Origin: an uncultured Chitinophagaceae bacterium
Lineage (GTDB): Bacteria; Bacteroidota; Bacteroidia; Chitinophagales; LD1
Length of the DNA: 64,000 nucleotides
Assembly (NCBI GenBank): GCA_964571705.1
Contig: CAZNDJ010000003.1
Span: forward strand, 6,788 to 70,787
Reading direction: 5' to 3'
A program made the translations under genes and the position numbers. This document shows, one piece after another, positions 38,476-47,803 of the stretch. The notes beneath the pieces were generated by a model that worked only from the letters and a program-made list of their open reading frames with translations, was not told the origin of the DNA and searched no databases. Position 1 is the stretch's first letter, and the number at the start of each line of letters is the position of its first letter.

Positions 38476-40143
38476 ATGGCTAATGTGCTGAAGCGATTTT
38501 CTGATGTCCCTCACTGGGTCTTTCTTTTTATCATCGGGGTGTTGGTCTTTATCCCTTTTTTGGGTAATGCTCATCTTTTTGATTGGGATGAGATCAATTT
38601 TGCAGAATCCGCCCGGGAGATGCTCCTTACACACCATTACCGGACTGTACAGATCAATTTTCAGCCTTTCTACGAAAAACCGCCATTCTTTATATGGCTA
38701 CAGGCATTGTCCATGAGCTATTTTGGAGTCAACGAATTTGCCGCCCGGATTCCGAACGCGGTAATAGGTATAGCGACACTGATCACAGTATATAACGTAG
38801 GGAGAAAGTATTTTGATAAAAGTATGGGTATATGGTGGGCTTTGCTTTTTACATGCTCCATTTTACCACAGATGTATTTTAAGTCAGGCATCATAGATCC
38901 GGTATTTAACTATTTCATTTTTCTTAGTTTATATTTTCTCTTTGCGATCTCAATACGGGATGATTTTGAACCGACCAGAATGCGCCGTAAGAACCACAGG
39001 TGGTACCTCACAGCTTCGGCCCTGGCGGCTGGGGTAGCGGTACTGACCAAAGGGCCGGTGGCGCTGGGTATCATTGTTTTGGTGGTCACCGTCATCTTAC
39101 TGATCAATAGGGGGAAGTTGAATTTTAATCTTGGAGATCTTATCTTGTGGCTGGTTGTAGTTATACTGGTCATTGCTGCCTGGCTATCATTTGAGATCAG
39201 GGCCAATGGACTCGTTTTTGTTCATAATTTCATTCTATATCAGATACGGCTATTCTCCACCGAAGATGCTGGTCATGGAGGACCTGTTTACTACCATTTA
39301 CTAGCAGTTTTTCTGGGATGCTTTCCGGCATCGGTTCTGAGTATAGATTCTTTCCGCCGCCAACCGGACGATACCCTGCACCAGCTATCTCTGAAGCGGT
39401 GGATGATCGTCCTGCTTGTGGTCGTATTAGTTGTATTCTCTATAGTTAAGACGAAGATCATTCACTATTCCTCCTTGAGCTATTTCCCGGTTACTTTCCT
39501 CGGGGCCTATTATATCCATCACTTGCAGCATGGACGCTGGCGCTGGACATGGAGACAGGCCATACCGGTAGGTGTGATCGGAGCTGCATTTGCAGCAGCT
39601 GTGGCTGGAGCTATATGGATAGGTACTCATCCTGTTATCCTTTCTTTGGTCAGATCAGACGCATTTGCCGTGGAGGCTGTCAAAGCAAAAGTTTATTGGA
39701 CCCTCAATGATTTATTTGTACCCGTAGGGCTTCTCATAAGCCTAGTTATAGCATTAGTACTGCTCGGCAAAGGTAGATCGATGATCGGTATGGCTGTAAT
39801 ATTATTAGGTACCTGTTTGTTTACGAATCTCTCCCTGGTGCTGATCGTACCACGCATCGAGAAGTATTCGCAGGCCGCAATGATCGAATTTATAGAGTCG
39901 AAAAAGCTGGAAGACTGTTATGTAGAAGTGGCTGGCTTTAAAAGCTATGCGCAGTTGTTTTATAAAGGGAAGCAGCAGCCTGTATCGCCTCAGGAAATGG
40001 ATGCTGAGTTTATTCTCCGGGGACCGACCAGCAAACCTGTCTATGTCATCACAAGGGTAGATAAGCTCAATACCCTAAACTATCTAGACCGGTACACTGA
40101 GATATATCAGAAAAATGGTTTCGTTTTTTTAAAGAAAAACTGA
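38476..40143 (+). CDS. GT39/GT83-like (ArnT/PMT family) membrane glycosyltransferase
   Basis: 555 aa. The N-terminal loop motif FDWDEINFAESAREM is followed by YEKPPFFIWLQA, then about 12 TM helices and a soluble C-terminal domain. The start lies 4 nt after the PAP2 gene. Confidence 0.8.
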   Translation: MANVLKRFSDVPHWVFLFIIGVLVFIPFLGNAHLFDWDEINFAESAREMLLTHHYRTVQINFQPFYEKPPFFIWLQALSMSYFGVNEFAARIPNAVIGIATLITVYNVGRKYFDKSMGIWWALLFTCSILPQMYFKSGIIDPVFNYFIFLSLYFLFAISIRDDFEPTRMRRKNHRWYLTASALAAGVAVLTKGPVALGIIVLVVTVILLINRGKLNFNLGDLILWLVVVILVIAAWLSFEIRANGLVFVHNFILYQIRLFSTEDAGHGGPVYYHLLAVFLGCFPASVLSIDSFRRQPDDTLHQLSLKRWMIVLLVVVLVVFSIVKTKIIHYSSLSYFPVTFLGAYYIHHLQHGRWRWTWRQAIPVGVIGAAFAAAVAGAIWIGTHPVILSLVRSDAFAVEAVKAKVYWTLNDLFVPVGLLISLVIALVLLGKGRSMIGMAVILLGTCLFTNLSLVLIVPRIEKYSQAAMIEFIESKKLEDCYVEVAGFKSYAQLFYKGKQQPVSPQEMDAEFILRGPTSKPVYVITRVDKLNTLNYLDRYTEIYQKNGFVFLKKN

Positions 40144-40286
40144 TGTGTTAAAATCACAAGCGGCATTTTGTCTTCTTACCGCTACATTTAACAAAATAGC
40201 CTCTATTATCCACAGGTTACGTTTGATTATTATTCATTAAGGGGTAATTTTAACGCCCTTAATATTTTATAATCAACAATCAAAGA

Positions 40287-43200
40287 ATGAAGAAGTTTCT
40301 TCTACTTTCAGTAGCGTTTTTATCCGTTTTCAGTACATGGGCGCAGCGTACATGCGGTACCATGCACCATGAGCAGGTTCTCATACAGAGTGATCCGCAT
40401 TATGCAGGGCACAGGCAGGCTATAGACCAGTTTGCCCAAAACTATCATATGGCAAATGCCGGGCAGCGTGCTGTGATCACCATACCTGTGGTGGTCCACG
40501 TGATTTATCATGACTCCGCTGGCAATATCAGCATGGCTCAAATCCAATCTCAGATAGACCGATTGAATCTCGATTATCATAAGCTCAATGCGGATACTGC
40601 CAGTATTCCTACGCCGTGGAGAAGTATAGCAGCAGACTGTAATATCCAGTTTTGCCTCGCGCAGCGTACACCTACCGGCGCGTCTACTAACGGGGTTGTG
40701 AGAAAGCGTATCAATACTGCTACCTCTTGGATAGATGATGATAAAGTGAAGTATACAAGCCAGGGAGGAGATGACGCTTGGCCAGCATCGTCTTACCTGA
40801 ATCTTTGGGTATGCGACCTGGGTAGCAGTTTGCTTGGCTACGCTCAGTTTCCGGGAGGTACTGCCGCTACCGATGGCGTAGTTATCCTTAATACTGCCTT
40901 TGGTAGTACGGGTACAGCATCTACGGCTCCATATAATAAGGGACGTACGGCTACACATGAAGTAGGTCACTGGCTAAATCTCTACCATATATGGGGTGAT
41001 GATGGCGGTGCCTGCAGTGGAACGGATCAGGTAAATGATACACCTAATCAAGCTGACATGAACTACGGCTGCCCTACGTATCCCCATACAGATGCCTGCG
41101 CCACTACCAGCCCGGGTGCTATGTTCATGAACTATATGGACTATACAGATGATGCATGCATGTACATGTTCACCAATGGTCAAAATACCCGTATGCAGGC
41201 TAACTTTGCTACAGGAGGTGCCAGGGCGGCACTATTAAACTCTCAAGGCTGTGTGCCACCATCCGGAGGGCCATCTACAGCATTCACAGCTAATAAAACA
41301 ACAATATGTGTGGGTCAGTCTATCAACTTCACTGATCAGTCTACTGGTAGTCCTACATCTTGGAGTTGGTCTTTTCCGGGAGCAGCCACGACTACCTCTA
41401 CGACGCAGAATCCTCAAAATATCGTTTACAATACCGCTGGTACATATTCCGTGACCCTCACCGCCAGCAATGCCGGAGGCTCTACCCCATTGACCAGGAC
41501 TAACTATATTACTGTACTTGGTACTACAGCCTTGCCATTGAAAGAAGGTTTTGAGGGTACTACATTCCCGCCTAGTGGGTGGTCTATTGGCAATCCGGAT
41601 GCTTCTACTACGTGGGTGCGGACTACCAATGCCGGAGGTTTTGGGCAATCTACAGCCAGCGCTTTTATGAACGACTATAATTATAACGCTGCAGGTCAAA
41701 AGGATTACCTGTACACTCCGGTCTACAATTTCAGCCGTGGTCTTAATGCTACCTCTAAGCTTAAGTTCGACTATGCATATGCGTTTTATAGTGCCGCTAA
41801 TGCTGATACTCTGCAGGTGATGATCTCTACAGACTGCGGAGTGACCTGGTCTTCACTATGGAAAAAAGGAGGAACGCAATTGCGCACCACTACTACTACA
41901 TATTCTAACCAATTTGTACCGACTGCTACTCAATGGGTACGTGACTCATCGATCAGCCTGGCCACTTATGTAGGCCAGTCATCAGTGCAGTTAGCCTTTA
42001 TCAATATCAATAAATACGGACAGTCATTGCTGCTCGATAATATTAATATTGATACAGTCGTATCTACTGGTGGCTGTACTCGCCCTACTGCTTCCTTTGT
42101 GGCATCGACAGTCACAGTCACACAAGGAAGCACTGTGACCTATACAGATCAATCAGCCAACACCCCAACAGCTTGGGCATGGACATTTGGTGGTGGCACT
42201 CCGGCCAGCTCCACAGCTCAGGCACCAGGAGCTATCACTTACAATACTGTAGGTACCTACACTACCAAGCTGAGAGTGACAAATGCCTGTGGCTCAGACT
42301 CTATGACTGTGACCATCACAGTGATCCCAGCCAGCACACAAACCGGATGCGATACTTTGAGTCACCTGTTGGCAAATGATTCATTGAGGGTATATAGTGA
42401 TGGCAACTCGACATGGGGCGTAATAGCAGGTACCAATAGCTATCATGACCTGGCTAAAGCTGAGAAATATACCAACGTGAACGGTCGTCCGATCAATTCT
42501 GTACTCCTCGGTTTCGTGTATGCCAGGTCTGCAGGCTCTACCGACTCGGTCACTGTAAATGTATGGGATACTAATGGAGCAAACGGCCTGCCAGGCACGG
42601 TGCTGGGGACTGCCAAGGTAGCTATGAGTACCGTAATGACCAATGTGGCTAACAGCAGGTTTACGCAAGCTACCTTCTCATGTCCGGTCACTACTGGCAG
42701 CACATTTTACGTCGGCTTTAATATCAACTACATAGCAGGCGATACGATATGGATGGGGACGACATCATACTATAATAATGCAAACCACCCATACCAGGGA
42801 TATGAGCTAAACTATATCAACGCGACTACCAGCCAATGGGCTGCGGTAGATAGTGATTGGTTCCCGTATAGCCATTATATTTTCCCAATACAATGTACTC
42901 AAACAGCTCCCACCGCGGCCTGGACTGCCAACAAGACTTCTCTTTGTATAGGGGATTCAGTACGATTTACTGATCAGTCCACTAATTGCCCTACGGGCTG
43001 GTCATGGCAAGTGACGGGACCTGTGAATATGGTTTCTTCAAGTAAGAATCCGACCTTTACTTTTACTACCGCTGGCACTTACTCTGTGACATTGACAGCA
43101 TCTAATGCGGGCGGCAGCAATGCACTACCACGGACATCATATATCACGGTGCGTCCCGCGCCTACAGACTCTATGAGTACCAGCCCTGTGAGCTGCTATG

Positions 43201-46124
43201 GTGGTAGTGACGGATCAGCTACGGTGACAGCATCTGGTGGTACATCATATACCTACCTCTGGAGTCCTGGTGGCGCGACTACAGCGACTATCAGCGGCAA
43301 ACCAGCCGGAACCTATAATGTGACAGTGACCAGCAACTATGGTTGCTCATCCACAGCGTCTGTAGCCATCAGCCAGCCGTTCTCAGCATTGACAGCTACG
43401 ACTTCTGCGACCAGTGCATATTGCGGAAATAGTAATGGTTCAGTTACAGTTGCAGCTTCTGGCGGCAATGGCGGCTTTACATATGCGTGGAGCCCTGGTG
43501 GCTCTACTGCTGCCAGTGTGAGCAACCTGGCCGCAGGGACCTATACAGTCACAGTACGTGACTCTAAGAGCTGCAGTGTCACAAGCTCTGTAGCAGTGAC
43601 ATCTCAAACTGCAACTGTCACGATTAGTTTCAGCAATACTAATAGTACCTGTGGCCAATCTAATGGCTCTATAGTGGCTACTATAAATGGATCTAGTAAC
43701 GGCGCTCACTACCACTGGAGTAATGGGGATACTACTGGCTCCATCACCAATGTAGCTGCGGGCATCTATACTGTGACGATCACCAATGCACTGGGATGCT
43801 CCGCATCTAAGGCAGACACGCTGAGGTCTACTACAGGAGCTACTGTAGCTATCACTACTACACCCGTCAGCTGTAACGGTGGAAATAACGGAACGGCTAC
43901 AGCTACACCTACGGGCACAGGTCCATTCACCTACGCGTGGAGTGGTGGCGGCACTACAGCTACGGTCTCCAATAAGACAGCAGGAACATATATAGTGACG
44001 GTAACGGATGGTAACTCTTGCCAGACTACAGCATCAGCTACAATAGCTCAGCCGAATGTCCTGACGGCCAGTGCTACATCTACTGGGGTGATATGTACTA
44101 CTGCAGGGACAGCGACAGTCACCGGTACTGGTGGCAATACTGGAGGATACACATACTTGTGGAGTAATAGCCAAACCGCAGCTACCGCTACTAATCTCAC
44201 CGCAGCTACCTATACAGTGACAGTGAAAGATACGAAACTGTGTTCGGCTACAGCATCTGTGACAGTAGCCAATCAGTCTCTGACGCTTTCTGTAACTCTA
44301 AGCAAAACTGATGCAACCTGCGGCAATAGCAATGGTAGCGTGACCGCCAGTACCACTGCGACGGGCATCACCTACACATGGGCGCCAGGGGGCTCGCATG
44401 CTACGTCCCTGTCTAACGTCGCAGCTGGCACCTATAGCGTGACTATCACTAATACGAACGGCTGCTCAGCCAGTGCTACGATCAATGTACAGAACTCTAA
44501 TGGAGCCAATGTGACTACAGCCACGACACCAGTGACCTGCTACGGAGACGCCAATGGTACGGCGAGTGTGACAGCTACTGGCGGTTCAGGGACTTATACT
44601 TACATCTGGGCTCCCGGAGGAGCTACAGCATCCAGTATAAGTGGCAAGCCAGCGGGTACCTACACAGTGACTGTAAGTGATGGTACGGCATGTCCGGCCA
44701 CTGCATCCCTCACCATAGGAGGGCCTGCTGCTGCGGTTTCAACTACCGTGGCATTCACACCGGTCATTTGTTCTACTTCTGGCACAGCCACTGTGACAGC
44801 GGCAGGGGGTAATACAGGTGGGTACACTTATCTCTGGAGCAATGCGCAGACCACGGCTACAGCTACAGGGCTTTCCGCATCTACATATACAGTGACCGTA
44901 AAGGATAGCAAGCAATGCTCTGCGGTCACATCAGTAGCAGTGACAAATCAGTCGCCTACGCTCTCGGTGACAGTCAATAAGACAGATGCAACATGCGGTA
45001 GTAACAATGGTACTGCTGCGGCTAGTACGACTGCGACAGGCGTGACATATCACTGGTCGCCGGGTGGTGCCACTTCTAGTACGCTCAGTAATCTTGGTGC
45101 AGGTACCTATGCTGTGACTATCACTGACGCCAATGGCTGTAGTGCCTCTGCATCGGCTGTCGTAGGCACTACATCTGGACTGACTGCTAGTATCACGGCT
45201 CACACGGATGCTACCTGCCACGGTGGATCGGATGGTACTGCTACAGCAGCTGGTACTGGAGGTACAGGTTCCTACACCTACGTATGGAGCAACGGTGGGA
45301 CTGCAGCCCAGACCGCGGGATTGTCAGCTACTACCTATGTAGTCACAGTATCTAACTCTGGATGCTCTGCTACTGCCAGCGTATCTATCTCTGAGCCGAC
45401 ATCAGTCTCTGTGACTACCAGTTCATCCCCTGTGATCTGTACTACTCAAGGTACCGCTACTGCCTCCGGATCAGGAGGCAGCGGTTCAGGATACACTTAC
45501 GTGTGGAGTACTACTGCTACTACTCAGACCATTGCTGGCCTTGCAGTAGGTAGCTATACGGTGACTGTGAAGGATGGTCATAACTGCTCCGCGCTGGCCA
45601 CTGCCACTATCACTCAGCAGGCATCTACGCTGACAGATTCTATCAGATCTACACCATCAACTACAGCTACCTCAAACAATGGAACTGCAACCGCGTATCC
45701 TGTGGGGGGCGCTCCTAACTATACTTACGTATGGAATAACAATCAGACAACCCAAACCGCTACTCAGCTGGCGCCTGGAAACTATACTTGTACGATCACT
45801 GATATGTTTGGCTGTATGACCATAGCAAATGTGACGGTAGGTATAGGGCCAAATGCGATAGTCGATATCAGTAATAATCTGCAATACATCGTCGCGCCAA
45901 ACCCAGCTACTGACAAATGTATGGTAACCATAGAGATGGACGAACCACAAACATTAGAATTGGATATATATACTCTACTGGGTCAGAAGGTGTGGTCAAA
46001 GGAACTAGGACATGGCAATAGCGTCTCGGAGCAGATAGACCTACGCGACATAGCTGATGGTATATATATCCTGAGGCTAAAAGCGGGGGAGAAGACTTAC
46101 TCTATACGATTAGTAAAAGAATAG
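40287..46124 (+). CDS. Giant T9SS-secreted protein: M43 (pappalysin/ulilysin-like) zinc metalloprotease, PKD-like domains, 12 SprB-type repeats and a CTD
   Basis: A signal peptide and the zinc motif HEVGHWLNLYHIWGDD (nt 40955) are present. PKD-like segments include ICVGQSINFTDQSTGSPTSWSWSFPG. Twelve Cys-framed repeats of roughly 70 aa follow. The C-terminus VAPNPATDKCMVTIEM...GIYILRLKAGEKTYSIRLVKE is a T9SS CTD. Confidence 0.85.
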   Translation: MKKFLLLSVAFLSVFSTWAQRTCGTMHHEQVLIQSDPHYAGHRQAIDQFAQNYHMANAGQRAVITIPVVVHVIYHDSAGNISMAQIQSQIDRLNLDYHKLNADTASIPTPWRSIAADCNIQFCLAQRTPTGASTNGVVRKRINTATSWIDDDKVKYTSQGGDDAWPASSYLNLWVCDLGSSLLGYAQFPGGTAATDGVVILNTAFGSTGTASTAPYNKGRTATHEVGHWLNLYHIWGDDGGACSGTDQVNDTPNQADMNYGCPTYPHTDACATTSPGAMFMNYMDYTDDACMYMFTNGQNTRMQANFATGGARAALLNSQGCVPPSGGPSTAFTANKTTICVGQSINFTDQSTGSPTSWSWSFPGAATTTSTTQNPQNIVYNTAGTYSVTLTASNAGGSTPLTRTNYITVLGTTALPLKEGFEGTTFPPSGWSIGNPDASTTWVRTTNAGGFGQSTASAFMNDYNYNAAGQKDYLYTPVYNFSRGLNATSKLKFDYAYAFYSAANADTLQVMISTDCGVTWSSLWKKGGTQLRTTTTTYSNQFVPTATQWVRDSSISLATYVGQSSVQLAFININKYGQSLLLDNINIDTVVSTGGCTRPTASFVASTVTVTQGSTVTYTDQSANTPTAWAWTFGGGTPASSTAQAPGAITYNTVGTYTTKLRVTNACGSDSMTVTITVIPASTQTGCDTLSHLLANDSLRVYSDGNSTWGVIAGTNSYHDLAKAEKYTNVNGRPINSVLLGFVYARSAGSTDSVTVNVWDTNGANGLPGTVLGTAKVAMSTVMTNVANSRFTQATFSCPVTTGSTFYVGFNINYIAGDTIWMGTTSYYNNANHPYQGYELNYINATTSQWAAVDSDWFPYSHYIFPIQCTQTAPTAAWTANKTSLCIGDSVRFTDQSTNCPTGWSWQVTGPVNMVSSSKNPTFTFTTAGTYSVTLTASNAGGSNALPRTSYITVRPAPTDSMSTSPVSCYGGSDGSATVTASGGTSYTYLWSPGGATTATISGKPAGTYNVTVTSNYGCSSTASVAISQPFSALTATTSATSAYCGNSNGSVTVAASGGNGGFTYAWSPGGSTAASVSNLAAGTYTVTVRDSKSCSVTSSVAVTSQTATVTISFSNTNSTCGQSNGSIVATINGSSNGAHYHWSNGDTTGSITNVAAGIYTVTITNALGCSASKADTLRSTTGATVAITTTPVSCNGGNNGTATATPTGTGPFTYAWSGGGTTATVSNKTAGTYIVTVTDGNSCQTTASATIAQPNVLTASATSTGVICTTAGTATVTGTGGNTGGYTYLWSNSQTAATATNLTAATYTVTVKDTKLCSATASVTVANQSLTLSVTLSKTDATCGNSNGSVTASTTATGITYTWAPGGSHATSLSNVAAGTYSVTITNTNGCSASATINVQNSNGANVTTATTPVTCYGDANGTASVTATGGSGTYTYIWAPGGATASSISGKPAGTYTVTVSDGTACPATASLTIGGPAAAVSTTVAFTPVICSTSGTATVTAAGGNTGGYTYLWSNAQTTATATGLSASTYTVTVKDSKQCSAVTSVAVTNQSPTLSVTVNKTDATCGSNNGTAAASTTATGVTYHWSPGGATSSTLSNLGAGTYAVTITDANGCSASASAVVGTTSGLTASITAHTDATCHGGSDGTATAAGTGGTGSYTYVWSNGGTAAQTAGLSATTYVVTVSNSGCSATASVSISEPTSVSVTTSSSPVICTTQGTATASGSGGSGSGYTYVWSTTATTQTIAGLAVGSYTVTVKDGHNCSALATATITQQASTLTDSIRSTPSTTATSNNGTATAYPVGGAPNYTYVWNNNQTTQTATQLAPGNYTCTITDMFGCMTIANVTVGIGPNAIVDISNNLQYIVAPNPATDKCMVTIEMDEPQTLELDIYTLLGQKVWSKELGHGNSVSEQIDLRDIADGIYILRLKAGEKTYSIRLVKE
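43165..45840 (+). repeat. Twelve tandem SprB-type repeats (about 67-70 aa each) arranged in three-repeat super-units
   Basis: Each repeat has an N-terminal Cys, a central (Y/F)TY.W(S/A) motif, a G(T/I/S)Y.VT(V/I) motif and a C-terminal Cys. Repeats 4-12 cycle through three subtypes (C.GG.NG, VICTT.GTA and TCG..NG). The copies are diverged at the DNA level. Confidence 0.75.
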
Positions 46125-46145
46125 CTTGTTAAGGTATTAATTATG

Positions 46146-46177
46146 AAGGGCTCCGATAGCGGAGCCCTTTTTTGTTT
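46146..46177 (+). terminator. Rho-independent terminator of the M43/SprB gene
   Basis: AAGGGCTCCG (46146-46155), loop ATAG, then CGGAGCCCTT (46160-46169) form a perfect 10-bp stem. It runs into TTTTTTGTTT. Confidence 0.8.
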
Positions 46178-46234
46178 ACAAGCGTGGTGAAAAATAATTT
46201 TGTCTAACGGTTTTATTTGCTTGCTTTGTACCAG

Positions 46235-46410
46235 CTTTGGTTACGCGGCTATATACTATAGCCATGTATTAAAAGGGAATCACGTGTAATTCGTGAACAG
46301 TTCCCGCTGCTGTAAGCTCCGTAAGTGTCTGTGCACTCACGCCACTGTCGCCAATAGGCTGATGGGAAGGCGCACCGACTGGAGTAAGTCAGAAGACCTG
46401 CCATCGCTAG
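46235..46410 (+). promoter_or_regulatory. Cobalamin (B12) riboswitch
   Basis: The conserved core AAAAGGGAATCACGTGTAATTCGTGAACAGTTCCCGCTGCTGTAAGC lies at 46270-46318. GCCACTG is at 46341 and GGGAAGGC at 46363. The B12 box AAGTCAGAAGACCTGCC is at 46386-46402, and a P2-like hairpin GGCTATA/TATAGCC at 46247-46263. It lies about 115 nt upstream of a btuB-containing operon. Confidence 0.85.
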
Positions 46411-46522
46411 ATAGTACAACAACTTTCGGGAAAAAAAGTTGGGCAGGATTACGGTGTACAACGTTATTCTCCCTTTCCATTTTGCTCCGAAGTTGATTTT
46501 TTAACTCATTGATGATTTAAAC

Positions 46523-47794
46523 ATGAAAAAAATCAGCTTTACCCTTATTCTGGCATTTGTATGCCTCGCCTCTGCTGTAGCTCAAAACAGGGCTACATTT
46601 GAGAACTTCTCTCTGCCTATTAACAGCTATTATGACGGCTCTGACCTATCTGGTGGCTTTCTTTCGGGAGACGCTTATTTTTATAATACCTATGATACTA
46701 CCTACCATTTTTGGGCTAGTGGCTTTATTTATAGCAATGTCAAGAACGATACAAGCTCAGGCTACACGAATGCTTATGCTGCCGCGACAGCGGGTGGAGT
46801 TTATGGAAGCAATAATTATGCGGTAGCCAACTCGGCAGGAGGCAATGTGACGGTAGGTATGCGAGGTTTTGCACCGGGACATGAAGTACTTGGTTTTTAT
46901 ATTACAAATAGTACCTATACTTATCTCAGCATGAAAAATGGAGATGCCTTTGCAAAGAAGTTTGGTGGCGCATCCGGCAATGATCCTGACTGGTTTAAAG
47001 TAACTGTAAAAGGATGGCGCAATGGTGCTATGACTTCCGATTCTGTGGATGCTTACCTAGCTGATTTTCGCTCGACCAACAACTCTGACGACTATATACT
47101 CAAGACATGGAAATTTGTGAACCTGCTCAGCCTGGGAGCTGTAGATAGCTTGTCCTTCTCACTGAGCTCTACGGATAATGGATCTTTTGGCATGAATACT
47201 CCAGCCTACTTCTGTATGGATAATTTTATGACTACTGATGGCGCGTCCATAGTCTCTACACCTGTCGCTAATGATGACCCCGCCAGTACGACATATACTG
47301 ATTCTGTGATAGTGGATGTACTTGCAAACGATATAGTGTCCTCTTTCCTTTATGGCAGAGTTACTTTGGTGTCTAGCCCACAGGTGGCCGGTGCCACAGC
47401 CTATATCAATGGGAATAATCAGCTGGTATATATCCCCGTCGTGGGACTCCGCACTGCCGATACACTTGTCTATAGCTATTGTGATGAGTTTAGTGTATGT
47501 TCTTCTGCTAAGGTGGTAGTGACAGTCAATGGCTTGGTAAATACGGCTATCAGAGATCTCAATGCTGATATGATATCTATCTATCCCAACCCGACACGGG
47601 GCTACGTGACTATCAATAGCAATGATCTGATCAATAAAATAGTAATAGCTGACGTTTCTGGCCGTGAGGTATTAGCGCAAGGAGGCATTGGAGATAAGGG
47701 CAGCCTCAATATATCCTCGTTGAGTGCAGGTGTGTACACTATTTCTATATATACCGAAGGGAGCTTTTCTACTCATCGGTTGATAAAGGAGTAA
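46523..47794 (+). CDS. T9SS-sorted secreted protein: DUF4465-like N-terminal domain, cadherin/Ig-like segment and CTD
   Basis: The signal peptide is MKKISFTLILAFVCLASAVAQ. The N-domain reads ATFENFSLPINSYYDGSDLSGGFLSGDAYFYN...FWASGFIYSN...GGVYGSNNYAVA. A PVANDDPASTTYTDSVIVDVLANDI segment follows. The CTD is ISIYPNPTRGYVTIN...GVYTISIYTEGSFSTHRLIKE. Confidence 0.6.
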   Translation: MKKISFTLILAFVCLASAVAQNRATFENFSLPINSYYDGSDLSGGFLSGDAYFYNTYDTTYHFWASGFIYSNVKNDTSSGYTNAYAAATAGGVYGSNNYAVANSAGGNVTVGMRGFAPGHEVLGFYITNSTYTYLSMKNGDAFAKKFGGASGNDPDWFKVTVKGWRNGAMTSDSVDAYLADFRSTNNSDDYILKTWKFVNLLSLGAVDSLSFSLSSTDNGSFGMNTPAYFCMDNFMTTDGASIVSTPVANDDPASTTYTDSVIVDVLANDIVSSFLYGRVTLVSSPQVAGATAYINGNNQLVYIPVVGLRTADTLVYSYCDEFSVCSSAKVVVTVNGLVNTAIRDLNADMISIYPNPTRGYVTINSNDLINKIVIADVSGREVLAQGGIGDKGSLNISSLSAGVYTISIYTEGSFSTHRLIKE

Positions 47795-47803
47795 TCTCTG
47801 GAT

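Noticed and set aside
46249-46496. Two short track ORFs (46249-46461 on the minus strand and 46293-46496 on the plus strand) upstream of the B12 operon.
   Set aside because: They lie on top of the cobalamin riboswitch, whose conserved core elements explain the sequence conservation. Their translations are low-quality.
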